In this document: positions 63,662 to 64,000 of the stretch, piece after piece | Numbering within the stretch: the first letter of the stretch is position 1 | How the letters are laid out: the number at the start of each line of letters is the position of its first letter | From: a virus | Length of the DNA: 64,000 nt | Direction: 5' to 3' (one strand) | Virus record (IMG/VR): IMGVR_UViG_3300020045_008546 | Location: 1-64,000 of that record | Translations under genes and position numbers: made by a program | The notes under the pieces: model-generated | Seen by the model: only the letters and a program-made list of their open reading frames with translations | Told to the model about the DNA's origin: nothing | Databases searched by the model: none

Positions 63662-64000
63662 GCGATAATGTAAACAACCCATCTCATTACGGTGGGAAAG
63701 ATAGCATCTATGAAGTAATTAAGATTGCAGAATATTACAATGCCGATCTTTATATCTTTAATTTGTTGAAATATTGCCTTCGTGCCGGTGTTAAAAATGA
63801 GGCAACTGAGCTAGAAGATCTCAAAAAAGGTGCGTGGTATCTACAAAGAAAAATAGATCGCTTAGAAGCACAAAAACAAGGCGTAGAGATTAATCTTAGT
63901 TGTGAAGATAAACTATCGCCAGATTTCGTAGTTACATGTCAACAATTAGAAGATATTATATCTAATTCTGATCAACCAAAAGTAATTGAAGAATTAAAAG
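63658..64000 (+). CDS. DUF3310 (T7 gp1.7-like) protein, runs off the window end
   Basis: MSDNVNNPSHYGG...NLLKYCLRAGVK...EDLKKGAWYL. Confidence 0.85.
   Translation, partial: MSDNVNNPSHYGGKDSIYEVIKIAEYYNADLYIFNLLKYCLRAGVKNEATELEDLKKGAWYLQRKIDRLEAQKQGVEINLSCEDKLSPDFVVTCQQLEDIISNSDQPKVIEELK

Noticed and set aside
1-64000. CRISPR array, rRNA, integrase/att site or IS element
   Set aside because: No regularly spaced repeat-spacer units, rRNA-like sequence, recombinase or transposase motifs seen.

Overview
This window is part of an AT-rich tailed phage genome (siphovirus-like, HK97-fold capsid). Its host is very probably a Bacteroidota member, judged from TAnnTTTG/TTTG promoters, signal peptides followed by Gln, and a Bacteroidota-type HicB. 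It contains an 8-tRNA array, a GH19 endolysin, several fibre/SGNH appendage cassettes, a patatin and a Thg1-like polymerase. The tail-to-head operon runs from a 2595-aa tail protein through the tape measure, -1 frameshifted chaperones, tail tube, head-tail joining genes and two glycosyltransferases to the capsid and protease. There are also large blocks of small hypothetical genes. No portal, terminase, integrase or DNA polymerase is recognisable. The main finding is an unannotated 22-codon leader ORF (2100-2168) directly upstream of the tRNA array. Its ten central codons (L-Y-S-Y-L-F-C-S-W-S) encode only, and all of, the six amino acids served by the eight downstream tRNAs. It is embedded in mutually exclusive pause, antiterminator and terminator hairpins. 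This looks like a ribosome-stalling attenuator that would switch on the phage tRNAs when any of the matching host tRNAs is depleted or destroyed. All protein family calls are from motif recognition by eye; no searches were run.
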